Shown here piece by piece: positions 12,491 through 26,242 of a stretch of DNA of 64,000 bases (its first letter is position 1; each line of letters begins with the position of its first letter). A model generated the notes under the pieces. That model saw only the letters and a list, made by a program, of their open reading frames with translations, made no database searches and was not told the origin of the DNA. Source of the DNA: Epiperipatus broadwayi (taxonomy: Eukaryota > Animalia > Onychophora). A program made the position numbers and the translations under genes. Location: positions 12,834,001 to 12,898,000 of the forward strand of contig JAQFVV010000004.1 of NCBI GenBank assembly GCA_028023455.1. The letters are read 5' to 3'.

Positions 12491-15400
12491 AAATATGAAA
12501 TTACAATATACAAGGCTAATGGCGGGTTTTTTTTTTTATATATGCCAATAATTAACACATAAATACCGAAGGTATAGATATATATGTCTAATCTATACTC
12601 TGACAAAAAAGACATGTGTGAATACAATATGTATAGTATATGTCAAATAAATTATGTATGTTAACTATTAATTTGATATTTGTCTAGAAAAAAAATACAC
12701 TTCTAATTTATAAAAAGAAAAACAAAGAAATCGAGATTTATCTCCCACTTCTCTATAAATCAGTTTATGGAAAGCATAAAAAATACAAAGGCATGACTTC
12801 AATTAAACACCGGGCAAAGTATGATTATTTCATTTTTCATAGAGATATAAAATAATTTGATTTTAAAAGGGATCAATTCATCATGAATTACAAAGCAACA
12901 TTATTTGAATTCAGCAATGAAAACGGTACTAACACGTTACGAGCATTGGAACAAAGATGAAGTGAATGGTTTTGTCGACAATTCAAGTCTCAACAAGCAC
13001 ATTTGCCATGTGAATAGTTGTGGAACATGGGGAAAGCCAGGTTGGGAATTAACCACAAACCTTTGGTGCTCCAACAAATGATGAACGAATGAGAAAATAA
13101 CATTTGTTTATGTTTCAATTAATTAAAATATCCCCACAGGAACGACAAAACCTAAGAAATTAAGAAGATAGCTCATGCCAGCAAGGTTAGGAACAAAAAT
13201 AATATAATTGTCATAATATTAAATTTAAAGCCCAAATTATATAATATAAATGCTTGATGTGACAACTTGGTCAATAAGATTAAAATCAAATTTACGATAG
13301 GCAAACCTAAACCCAATTATATAATAATACCCCTTATATCATGCTCTACCCAAGCACAAATGCGGGAAGATCAGAATTAACTCAGAAAATATATTTCTCT
13401 CCCTTACAAAACTTCGTCAAACCCTTAATGAATTCAAATTAACACATGCAAATAATTTTGTTTGAAAATTAAATGAACCTAGTCAGAAGCATAGTAGCTA
13501 TAAGTTAAGCTAATAGAATTTATATCAGCTCTTGGTAAAATTATTTCAAATAATTAAATAAATCTTTCAACCCGATAATTAATAGAACTATTATTAATTT
13601 AGTTCTCATAGGAAAGAAATAGGCTATAAAACTTTATACGGTAAATATTTTCTTAGGATAAGTTTAAACGAAAACATTATCGAGTTGAAAGCCTTATTGG
13701 CATATCATATCGCAATTAAATAACATTAATAATCATTAAAATAAATACAAGTAAGAGTTAGTAAAAATAGACTGCCATGAGAGGAGAAAGAAAATTATCA
13801 AAGTATTAATTTAGGACTAGATATAACAATAGGGAGAATTACTGTGTAATAATTTTAAGCATAATAAAATGAATAACACGATTTAAGGCAATAATCACTT
13901 TTAACATAATTAGCATGATAATTCATGAATAGATTGGAAAGTTGCGATTTAATCAAATATTAAAAATTATCAGTCCTTCATGTCTTGCTTGTTGATTCAG
14001 GAGCACAGAGTCTGGTTAGATTTAGAAGAAAACGTAGGTGCGCACTTAACTCAAATAAAATTTCATTTTATAAATTAGTTTCATTATGGATTTTAGGCAG
14101 CTTATAATTGGGCATCGGAGAGTTCTATTTTAGCAGCAACATTTGAAAATTTATTGGGGAAGTTCAGGATCCAGCAATCAGATCCCTGAAGATAGCCGCG
14201 TATCATACTGTGAGTATGATTAAGGTTCAATATTAAAACAGACATAATTTCCAGTAGCAACTCTTCTTAAAATTGAAAGTAATGGTTCCTTCTAGGTAAT
14301 TTTCCAGGGTATTTATCTTCTTTTTTATGATTTTCTCACCCATTCTAATTTCTATGCTTTTGTTACCAAAAGGAATTTCTCTAATTGAAAAACGATCCAT
14401 TACTTCGATAAGACTTTCAAGTGCATTATTTTGAATTCATTTTCTATTTAGAAAATAAATTCGCAAAATCTATACAAACAACTTTAAATTAGAACCACCC
14501 TTAAACTTTGACTTGTCATTTTAAAATAATTAATGGATTCCCCATTGTCTTTGGAAAAGGACGATTTAAAACTTATCGAAGAAATATGATTTTTAATCGT
14601 AAAAGTTTGGACAGAATTTCAAAATATAAAATAAATACTCCAATGTAATGAAATCTTATACTATTGTATATTTAACCATTTACAAGTAATATACATGTAA
14701 TCAAATAACTAAATATTCTTAAATAGCATTATTTGTTAATATTTTACCATGAGGTAATTGGTAATATTAATAGAGTTAAATATAATACAATTAGTTTTGA
14801 GAAATATTTAAATAACAAAGCAGTTTTAACTGAAGTCAGATCTATAGGAAAAAGGGTATAAAATCTCATTACAGAATTTGGAAGCATTCATGATTAGTAA
14901 CAGGATTTAAACTAGGTAAAGAGGTGTAACCTCATAAAGCTTGGATCGAAGTTAGATCCGACTGCTTCAATATGTCCATTTAATAATACAGAAGAGGGAT
15001 GGGCAGAATACAGGCTGAATATGTTATATTTAAATACATGTATAGTGTCTATACTAAGTTTAATGAAATTATAAGGGGCTTGACTCCCACAGCTATCCAA
15101 TCCATCTTATACAACTGCTGTACATGATAAGGATTTGATAGAATGAGGAATTTGGAAGTCTGAGTTCAAGTCCCTTATAAGACATTAAATTTAGTATACA
15201 CAATATACATATATGTAAATATTATGGAATTAATGTAAATTAAAAAGTTATTATGTTTTTATCAATTAAGATGATTAGTTATCCGGTTTTTCGATTCCTT
15301 TATACTACTATAAATAATGGATTTAGATAAACTGATCATATTGGGTCAAAGTTGAATTCCCAGAAAAATGATGTCTTTTCTGTGATGTTTCAAAATCAAT

Positions 15401-17299
15401 GTGTATCTGATAGTTCATTCATTTGACTGAAGTCCATCAAGTGATTAAAGCTGAACTGAATTGGGATTATGAGCATTGCTGTACCTATCTATATCCCAGA
15501 CATGAAAAGAAACCAATCTACTAGTCTTGAGGTTCCAGAACCATATGTTACAAATGAACTGTTTTATGCATGCACTAAGGCACAGACAAAAGAATTTATT
15601 ACCAGTTGTATATACTGTCTATGCATGACATCTATTTCATAATCAAACATACAAAGCACAGATGAAATAAATTGGCTAGTAAGTAAAATATATACATTGA
15701 AAATGACATTATTTCAAACAATAACTTTACAGTTAATGAAAATCTATTTCCATTTACTGCTCAAAGCAAATGTCAAGGGACTTCCCAATTATAAGATTAT
15801 CCGTTTTTCTCACTTATTCCATGTGGATTGCAAGATGCAAACATAAGTTCACATACTCCTCTCCCAAGACAGAAGATATTTTCATAGAGACTATGAAGAC
15901 AATCCAAAATAGGGATAAAGTCCTTGCCTCAAGATTTCTTATAGAAAACACCTGGAATCTCTTCAGCTTCCCAAACATACATATCCAAGTATGAATAACT
16001 AATTGTACAGCAGGCTTACAGTAACTTTCATAATTGACCAAATTTGACAGGGTTTCCTGGCTGTCTCATTGTGTAACAAAAATGTAATATTTAACAATAA
16101 ATAAATTTTATAAAAATAAAAAAAAAATATTAAACTTCTACTGTCCTGCTTTACAAGTAAACAACTGTGAATATAATTAAGGTAATTAATTTATGGAAAT
16201 AAGTTTGAGCTTTCTTAAAATTAGAGGACAAAAACTAAAAATAAAAGAAATTACACACTGATTTTCCTATTTACTTTAAAAACTTATAATTAAAAGTATT
16301 AAAAATTTAATTAATAAAATAAAAACAATTAAAATTAAAAAAATATTTTAGTTTTATGTTAAAACAAGCATATGCATGCATTATGTAAATGTTTACTATT
16401 TAATCATTTATATATTATCATAGAATAATACTGGTCTATCGATTTAACGAATTTATTATAACAGATGGAATATTGGAATACTTAAAATACAGTGCGTGAA
16501 TTTATCAATAATAATATACATATATATTCAGAATTATTTATTATTAAAAAGTAATATTTATTAACTCATAGATAATTGGAATACTTTTCTTTACCATGTA
16601 TGTATATCTGTGTGCTTATATATACATACACACATTGTGTGAACAATCTATGTAGTTTCGTAAATTTGATAGTTTGTCAATTTATAGAAACAATATCTAT
16701 TTGTAAATAAAAATAAAAATGATGCATTTGTATTATAGAGTACTTATAAAAGAATTTTATTTCTAATTAATAAATTTATCACTAATTATTTTAAGTTATT
16801 TCAGTGAAGCTATTTAATACTGGAATATATAAATTACATATTTTTGCTCTTGTTCATATTCACGGTTCTATGGTCCTTCGATCCCAAAGCTAATGCGAGT
16901 ATAAAGCTGTGTGTGGTGTACATATATGTTTGGATATCTATATACTTCTCTTATTTAGGTGGCATTAAAGTGACTTTTAAAGTCCACTCACTTTATAGAT
17001 TTTATGATCACTCTTATTGATAGACAGTCAAAAACATGGATGGCCCAGACCACTGATGATGATCAGCATTGATTCCAACATTATTGATGTACAATTATTT
17101 TTATTTTTTGCACCTATATACGCACATGGTTAAAATGTTGATTGCTCTTACACCTCAAAGTTAGCATTGGCTAATGATAATTAACCTAAATTTTATGGTA
17201 TATTTCTTCTAAATCCCGTTATAAAGGAAGACAGTTGACACTTGCTGATGTTTATTTCTGATTCTATATTTATAACTTACATGTGCTTATTTGTTTCAA

Positions 17300-17381
17300 A
17301 CGCTGATTTTTGCTAATTTTCTAGTGGTTAGCATAGCTGCCTTCCAAGCAGTTGGCCCGGGTTCGCGTCCCGGTCAACGCA
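17300..17381 (+). pseudogene. tRNA-Gly(TCC)-like pseudogene with a disrupted 5' end
   Basis: 17321-17381 matches eukaryotic tRNA-Gly TCC (AGTGGTTAGCATAGCTGCCTTCCAAGCAG...CCCGGGTTC...CCCGG..AACGCA); 5' acceptor is mutated, about 10 nt inserted, T-loop TTCGCGT. Confidence 0.75.
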
Positions 17382-18349
17382 TTTGACATGAAAAAAAAAA
17401 ATGTTTTGTTGACTATTGTTTCTGCTTTTGATGATCTGCATCATCCTTATATGCCCCTTCACATATATATATGCAACAAAATGCACATATGTAACTTAAT
17501 AATATAAAAGCTTAAATAATTAATTTTAAATATTTCAATTCAGAAAGATAAATTTGAGTGCATCAATATGATTTTAAAAATATCTTTTCAGAATTTAAAG
17601 TTACGCAATACTATTTATTTACAAAAAAAACTGCAAATTATTAAAATAAAATAAAAAACTCTTTTATTAAAGCTAAATTAAATTTTTAACGAATTGTCTT
17701 TTGTTTTGTTTTTTACCTGCTTAATCAATGGCGATGCATAAAATCTGACTACTGATTTGAACATTGTAAATTAACCTAAAGGAGAAAAAGGGTAGTCTAA
17801 GAAAAAATTAAAACATATATTTTAAAAACCACAAACTCAACATATTTTTGAAAACAAATATATTTATATAAAAAAAAAACTAATAACGTATTACAATATA
17901 AAATGACAAAATTCGTACGGTTGTCTTTAAAAGTAAAATACGAAAAAAAACTTCAGCTTTATCTGCAGCATGCAACCGGAAATAAATAGAATTATTTGCA
18001 CAGTCTTAAGTTTCACATTTAAAATTAATGTACGGATTCAAATAAATATAATAATTGTAAAATATGACAATTTATTTCAGATTTATAAAATAAAAATGCC
18101 TTTATTAGAATAATTAATTTAAAAATATTTATGACATGAGTAATTTTAAATGAATAATGAAATTAGTACAAAATTCGATGTCATTAATTTATTCTTGAGA
18201 AGGCTGAGCGTAAGTGTAGAAGACTGATTCCTAACAAAAAGAGATAACTGCTAAGTGGAAAGAGTGATAGAAATCTGATTTTATCGTATCAAATAAGCTG
18301 CTTAATTTGATTTTGTTCCAAAATTATTTATTTCTCTATACATTTAAAA

Positions 18350-18905
18350 TTATGCGCCTTAGACATGGCTCTTTTTTTCCAGAATTTCATCTGTTCCTGC
18401 AAATCCTTGTGCTTATAGTCTTTTATTAGACAAATAATTTGTCACACGATTACATTGTTCGCGAGGCTGGTGTTAGTGCCCGAGTTATCATAGACTCGGC
18501 AAATTTTTGCACAGGAATGTGCAAAACACTTTGAGCGAAATCCACCGCAGTTCGGTAGATTTGACAATGATGGAGTGTCATTAATTATTGAAGTCGACAT
18601 GACTAATACATTTTGCCAGGGATCCACATCATTATGGACGGGTGAGCTGCATACAATAACCTAGGCAGAATTTATAATAGCATATATATGTATTCTGTTG
18701 GTTGTTATGCACCTGGAGAACTTCGTGGATCCAGACGACACAGATATCCATACACAAAATGTAAAAAATTTATGGATGCGGGCGAAATTTAAGCTAAAAT
18801 GGCAACTTGATGCCATCAATGCCTTATTTGCGTCATATCTACAAGAATTTTCATTCAGGACTTTGCAATAGTGACACCATTTTTGTGGAATTTATACATA
18901 TTGCT
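18350..18905 (+). mobile_element. Merlin/IS1595-like (ISXO2) DDE transposase pseudogene
   Basis: Broken frames read ...IIEVD, ILPGxHIIMDGxAAYNNL, HLENFVDPDDTDIHTQNVKNLWMRAK, SYLQEFSFR, which are Merlin catalytic-region motifs. Confidence 0.8.
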
Positions 18906-19779
18906 TAGGACTATGGATTGTAGTTCGAAATTATTCCGCCAAAGCGCGTATGTTTTGGCCCCTAAAGGTAATGTTTACCCATTTTATGATAATATATTAG
19001 ATAATGTTTGACAAAAAAATAAAATTGAAAAGTTTAAAAAAATGATTTAATTAAACAGGAAGAAAATAATTTAAGTAAGTTCTAAACAGTAATAAAATTA
19101 AAATATATTTGAAAATAGATAATTATAGTAAACGTTCATTCAAAAATGAGTATGGCCATTCTAATTCCAAAAAAGAAATTAATGAGATGAAAAGCTACTT
19201 TAAAAATGAGTTTTGCGGTGACTATACAAATCAATCACATATAAAATAGCTAGTCGAATTTTCTGTTTACTCGTTATCTTTCTTTCCCCAGGAGAAAACT
19301 TTTCTTTTTGAAATACTTCAATACTATGCCTAATTATAACTCTTCAATGTATTCTATCCTTTGCCATATCTTGCCATTGGAACAATTGGCATTGCTTAGG
19401 GTATCCATATTACCTCAGGTCCTAATCGGAACACACGACAAAAAAAAATTCATTGCAAATTATTGCATATTTCTTCAATGCGAAATAAAAAAGTCACAAA
19501 CATCTCACATTTACATTACAACAATATACTCATTTCATAATATAAACAAAAGCAGAAGATACTTGTTTGTATACATATCTATCAAAACAAAATTATAAAT
19601 TGAAATCACTTATTACTAACATAAGAGAATAATGGGGAGCCATTTTCATTTTGGGAAAATTACTGATTAATCAATCAAAAAATTAATTGTAAAATAGTAA
19701 ATGGATAAATATTAATTTAAAATAAATATAAAAAATGAAATATAAAGTTAAAATCAAAAGTTAAATAAAAATGAGTGGT

Positions 19780-20730
19780 TAAGAAAACTGAGACAACTGC
19801 CCTGAAAAAATATGTCAACAAGAGAGATAAAACCGGAATGTATGCATAACCTAGACATTGCCTGCTTTAGAATGTCTTACAAATAATGTAGGTAGGATTT
19901 GCCTCTCCTATAAAGCCTACATTCAAGTTCATCACAAAACTTTTACGTAATCTATCTACCAGTGTTGATTTGTTTTACATTTCCAATCTGATAAAGGTAT
20001 GATTTTGCAATAATGGATTCAATAGTATCATCCTGCAAACTGATGAATATATTGATTGTTTTTATAATCTTGCTATTGTATTTTCAAAATTTTATGGAGC
20101 ATCCTCAAATGAAACTTTTCTAATGCCTTTATATTGCACTGCGAGGGTTTTCAAGTTTCACTGCCATTCAATAAATTAGGTAAAATAAGAAACTTATATA
20201 GAGCTAATTTAGTTGCAGTAATTATTTCCCTATGATGAAATGCCATCTTCTAATTTGTTAATGGTAGCAGTAGCAATGGAGTCTGTGTTGGATCTCAACA
20301 TCTAAGTCCACTTTTCTATTTAAAAATTACCAAATTATTTAAACTGGTGTATATTCTCAAGGTGATACCCATCCAAGTTGAAAGTTGCTGAGAATTTTTT
20401 CCTATCACTGATTGATAAAGAACTAATTTAATTAATAAACCGAGATAAGTTAAATTTCAAACATTCTATAAATTGACTTGAACTGGCAAAAATAATATAA
20501 CCATCATCATATTGTAAATTCAGATTCCAAGATGTTTTTGTTTTTAACTGATTCAAATTAAAAATTCCACTATCAAACCTGTATTGTATTTTGATCCCTG
20601 TCTGATTAAGCTGCCTATAAATAATTCCAAAGACCATTGTCATAAAAATTGAATATAATGTTGGAGTAAGTATACATCCTTGTTTAACACTGCCAGCAGC
20701 CAATAAGAATCAGACACCCTCCTGTCAACT
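19780..20730 (-). mobile_element. Decayed RTE-clade LINE RT
   Basis: ORF 20428-20703: GSVKQGCILTPTLYSIF...IQYRFDSGIFNL..LKTKT, the RTE/BovB-type RT signature. Confidence 0.8.
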
Positions 20731-22919
20731 CAAAGATTATATTAGGTGAAGAACCATATTTCTGAAGTGGAAGAGTGCAGTGTTCAAGGTCAAACAAGAA
20801 ATATATATGTGTGTGTACAACAATAAATGTATAAAAAAATATGTAGAATAATTGTGTGGAATAAAAGTAATCACTTGGTAAAGTGATTGTGTGAAATAAT
20901 TGTATATAATGATTATATACAATAACTCAAGATTTGTGTAACTGTCAATGTGTAGCAATGTTGTTAGGTCATAAAGTTGCATACCTGGCCTTATAAGGTC
21001 ATAGAACTAAAAAATGCCATATATGATAAGGTATGTAAAAGAAACACGACATATGATAAGGTTTGTAAAAAACACCATATTTGATAAAGTTTGTCAAGAT
21101 TCAAGAAATCTTGAATGACATATAAACTCCCAGAACCTGTCATATGGATTCTAGTATTTATGTAATTCAGAGACTCCTGTCTCTACCTGTTACAAAGGAC
21201 TAGGATTTATTATGTGCAGGTCACCATGAGGTTTTTTGATTTTTATGCACCTTAAATAGGCAATGTACACTTGTAAATATTCTCATATGTTATTTAAATT
21301 AAACTTACCTTACCATTTTAATTCTGCCTTTGTCAATTATTTACTTGCTGCTCGCAGGACATAACTATCCCATCATTCATCTATTTCTAGTTTTAAAAGA
21401 TGTTTGAAGAATCTAATTCTTAATAGAAACTGATAATATATTATTATTAGTTTAATTTCTGTTACTATTAACTTAGTTGTTATGGCTAATTATTTTGAAT
21501 ATTAGCTGCATAAATTCATGAAAATTTACTACTTTTCAGACTGTTCATTTATTGCCAAGAAAGCTATAAATTTTGCTTAGCTTGCAATTACAGAATATTC
21601 TTGTATTATTTCTAAGTAAATAAAGTACTGTTAAATAAATAGAAAATTTATTTCTCCATTTTCATCACTTTGTATAAGTTTTAGTAATCTGTAGATGCCA
21701 GATAATAATGTTTAATAAATCTTTATCTTTTGATATCCCCAAGACTATTTCCAAGCTTATGACTTTCACCAGTAAGAAGTTTTAATTCTATATTTAGTGT
21801 ATCTGGATTTTTTGGATCTAATGCATTTTTCCTTATTGGCCTCAAAAAGTACCATAATGTTTTGAATCTTCTGCCTGAAGTCATATCTGCTTTTACTTTG
21901 AATGTAATCCTAAGAATAATATTGATCAGGCATTAATTAAATGTATTTATGTATCTAGGATATCAAAATGCTATTTATTTCAGAATTTAGTCTCAATCAA
22001 AAGGTAATTTTAACTTGTGTGCGTGTGTGTGTGCTGTACACATCAGTTTTAAAGTATAGATAAGGCATGTATCTAAATTAATATAGTAATTAGCATTAAC
22101 AATTAGGAGCATACATTTGTTTTGTTAGATCAGTAATTATTAAATACGTGCTTCCATTGACTTCAATTTGCTTATACATCCCTCTATTTGATTTAAGAGT
22201 AGACTTGCATATGTGTATCTACTGTCACATACTACTAATACAAAGATTTGTTATGATTTATATTTGTATGTGAAATATACCTATATAATGAAAGCTTACA
22301 GAATAATATATTAAATTTAATTTATTGATTTTATTTATTATAATAATTCAGTTCTTAATCCATCAACATTTACATAAGAGATAATATAATTTTTATCAAT
22401 TTAGATTAAGGTTTCAATATTGAAATAACCTTTTCTCATATTCTATACCATTTAAAATTAATATTGCAATATTAAAATAAAAGTTGGTAGAAGCTGAAGA
22501 TATTTGGGAGAAATGACTAATTTAAGTTTCATTTATGACATTAATTTTTGATAGAAATTTATCCATTTGGGTTTTTTTTTTTTTTTTAGTGTATATATAT
22601 TAATAAAATTTGTTTCTTTATTGTTAAAAATTAATCTGTCATTCAACTATTTATTTCAATAGTCCATTCTTTTTTTACAGTTAATTATAAAAAGGTCTCA
22701 TGTTTTACAAATGAATTGAAAATGGAAAGTGTTAGAGCAAGATTGTTTAATTATTGGTGGAGAAGATTAAATATTTAAAAATAAAGAATTATTCATGGAA
22801 TAACCAAATCCAAAAATATTACAATGATAATTCACAGCCAGATCCTCAAAGAAATATTTATATGAACTTGCAAATATGTCCCATTTTTTTTTATATCAGT
22901 ATATTTGTTTGTATTACTT

Positions 22920-23171
22920 TTTTATAAATCTCTTATACAATTTAATGCAATTTTTATATAATCTCTTTATTTTTCTGTTTCGACTATCCTGCAGTCTTCA
23001 TCAGAGGTTTTTGTAACTTTATTCTTCCAGGGAGAAGAAAGTTATAAAAAGCTTTGATGAAGACTGCAGGCTAGTCAAAACTGTCAGAAAAATAAAGGAG
23101 GAATTATATAAAAATTGCATTAAAGTGTATACGTGGAGATTTATAAAAAAAAGTAATATATATGAATATAT
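22920..23171. mobile_element. Family D fold-back copy 2 (tail resumes at about 24736-24770 after the LTR insertion)
   Basis: Same arms and core as 10945-11200; tail gaaatgcaaa..aagtaaaggagaa reappears at 24740. Confidence 0.8.
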
Positions 23172-24735
23172 TGTAACGTCCACTACGTTATTTAGTGTTT
23201 TAAACGAGTTAACTTCTCGTACTCGGTGACCAAATTACGTCCTATCTATTAAATTTGTTTCGTCATACAATTCAGTAAGATTTAATGGACGCAATTATTT
23301 TTCCTGGTCACACAACACTCCTTTAACTAATGTAGCTACTAAAATAATGGGATAAATTAAGCCAGCAAGGCGCCAGAATTCTATATTAGAATCCACTGGC
23401 AAACATCCCTTTTTTATTTATTTAGCTACGACGAAATTATCTAGAAACTCTGGAAAATTGAGTTTCGATACAGCGTTAGCAAGGTAAATTATATTTTCAA
23501 ATCATAATTAACTTTAATAAATTTATTAATAATCATTAATAACGCACAATGAATAGGGATATTAGAAATCAAGATTTTTATTTTAACAAATTAAAATATA
23601 AATAATAAAAAAACAAAAACATTATGATTTAATTAATTGGAAAGATGACACACACACTAATCTAGATATGAATTAATTAATAATAATAAAAAACAGTTCA
23701 ATGATTATAGTTCTTAGGTACACAAGAGTCTCTTGAAGAATAAATTTTGAAGTCTTGATCGGGATTATTTTGATATCAATTTTTATAATTGTTTGCAAAC
23801 TTTGTCACAATCAGGAAAAGTTACTCTTAACTTACCGGTAAGTTGGTGTGTGTTTTTGGGATTCCGAGCTCCTAAAAATTTCCATCGGTCTCTCCTGCCG
23901 GCATCTTCCATTATTGTTCAGTTCTATAACCGGAGAAAAGGCATGGCTGTCGTGACCCTTTTATTGCAAAAAGCGGTCTTCACAGGGCCCGTTTCCATTG
24001 CTTGCTTGACGACTGGGTACTGCAAGTGGCGTACCTGTGTAGACATATATTCCTGCCACAGGTTATGCTCGCGGAGAAAAGGCATGGTTGTTGTGACCCT
24101 TTTATCGTGAAAAGCGGTCTTCACAAGGCCCGTCTCCATTGCTTTCTTGACGACTAGGTACTGCAAGTGGCATACCTGTGCGGACGTCTATTACTGCCAC
24201 AGGTATGCTCGCGGAAACCTCCAGCTTTCAGACACGTAACAATAAGGTATAGAGCAGACCTAGATCGAGGTTGTCCTCCCCCTTTTATACCCCGATCTAG
24301 TTTTGAAACTTCTGCGCATATCTTTTGTTCATTCTTTTATCAGCATATAAGATAATAATCTTCTACACTTTCTCTTAAATTTAAGTTACAACGTTATTAT
24401 TTTTTTTAGCATAATTCTGCCATCTTTAATTATTAAAAAGATTTTTCTAATTGTAATCTTTTTACTTTTGGAATTTTTATTTTATCTGGATCAGTAATCT
24501 GTATGTCATTTATTTTTTCCAATTTAACTTTTATTTTTAATTATATAAAAAAAATACGAATGACAATTTTAACTTTCATTGTACGTTATTTTTTAAAAAA
24601 TAAATTATACTAATCAGAAAAAAATCTAAAAATGTTTTTCTTTTAAAAGATCGCTAAATTTACTTTTTTTTTTTTTTAGCTTTTAAATATCTTACCGAAT
24701 GCTAATATATTTGTACCGTATAAATAAACGGTACA
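23172..24735. mobile_element. Solo LTR (Gypsy-like) with 4-bp TSD ATAT
   Basis: TGTAACGT...ACGGTACA termini; ATAT at 23168-23171 and 24736-24739; splits the family D tail. Confidence 0.8.
23931..24211. repeat. 141/140-bp tandem repeat x2 inside the solo LTR
   Basis: Units start CGGAGAAAAGGCATGG at 23931 and 24072. Confidence 0.9.
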
Positions 24736-25994
24736 ATATGAAATGCAAAAAAAGTAAAGGAGAACATATAAAAATAATAATATATTTGTCAATATATTTT
24801 CCCTTTTTTATCTAACAAATTTAATAGCATTGATATAAAAAAGGGGTTGGCATTATTTGCAAGCTCATTTAAATGATTGTTTGAGAGTCTGGCTTGTGAA
24901 TTATCCTAACCATGTTTCAGACTGTGTTTTTGTGGATAGATTTATATTATCAGCATCACATATTTGATAACTATATATATATATTTGATTATTCAGACAA
25001 TCACTTGTTTTATGTCTTAACACTGGTATTAATATATAATTCCAGATCGATATGTGACTGAAGCCACCTAGTATGTATGGTAAGTGATCATGCTCTTGTT
25101 ATGGTTATTGCATATAAAAATGACATTATATGTTAATGGATCTGCCAATTGTACATATATTTGCACTCACTTAAATTTCTAAGCCAACTTTAGTTCATCT
25201 AGTCATTCAACAATATGATAATAAGAAAATGGCAGCCTAGAATTATACATATTATAATTCATATTTTCAAAAGTATACAAATGTTTCATCACAATAACAC
25301 TTGCCCTCAATTGAGTAAAATAGTAATCGCACAGTCATTGCAGAGATAACAATTGTATCATTTGTGGTTGTGGGTTTGGCTTAAATTTGGTTGCGGTTTC
25401 ATATGAATGATAGTTGTATTGTTTCATCACATGAAAATCATATATTCCTTTTTAAATGTTAATACTGATATACTAATTTCAATACCACATTGCCTAATAA
25501 CTATAAAATGACACTATTATGTGGACAAAATTGCTATGGTTACATAAAAATTACAACATAAAAATATAATATGAAAGTGATCCAAACTCAAATAATTTAA
25601 GAATTTTCACAGTTTGGCTATAAATTTTAAGGTATTTTCATGGTTATTTTGAATTTCATGATTAAATTTATATCTCTTTGAAATAGTTAATGGTTTGGGA
25701 TTAAATAAACCACTAATGCATCTAGAACTTTGTCATATAATACCTCCTACAGATATGCTGTCTGCACATATAAAATTTCATACATGGGTAATTCAGACAT
25801 ACTAGTCAATATAACCAATAGTGGCTTTAGTTTAGCTATGCTATTAGCCCTAATAAAAAAATCTGGAAGTATCTATATATATTGGATAATTATCCAGTAA
25901 GTTTATTTCAAACTTCTCTAGTGAGTTCATCCTAACCATTATTTATATTCACATGATCACTATCTCATACTAGCACAATAATTGTTATTAAACA

Positions 25995-26242
25995 ATTCAA
26001 AATACAGCAAAACTCTCCATATAGTAGTGCCATCTTGTGCATTAGATCCTAAGATCTAGGTGCAGTGCTCTCCCATCCAAGGCTCCTCACTGATGAAGGC
26101 CACAAGCCAGAAACTAGTCTGGGGATATTGGATGAGTAGGCACTAGATAGGGATTTTATGCACAAGCCTTCTGGCATCCATTGATTGCTCTTGTTAGCAC
26201 AAGATGGCACTACTATATGGAGAGTTTTGCTGTATTTTGAAT
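25995..26242 (+). mobile_element. Family B element with a perfect 46-bp inverted terminal copy
   Basis: 25995-26040 is the exact reverse complement of 26197-26242; body matches 54830-55650 and 61975-62305. Confidence 0.85.
26085..26124 (+). ncRNA. Minimal type I hammerhead ribozyme (family B)
   Basis: CCTCA CTGATGA aGGC cacaa GCCa GAAA CTAG TC|TGGGG; palindrome ACTAGT; GUC triplet; stem II covaries with other copies (AGC/GCT). Confidence 0.85.

Noticed and set aside
12700-14700. CpG-richer block as a defined LTR element or gene
   Set aside because: I could not establish termini, a TSD or a recognisable protein motif.
17050-17075. CTGATGA at about 17052 (and about 62785) as hammerheads
   Set aside because: No stem II followed by GAAA.
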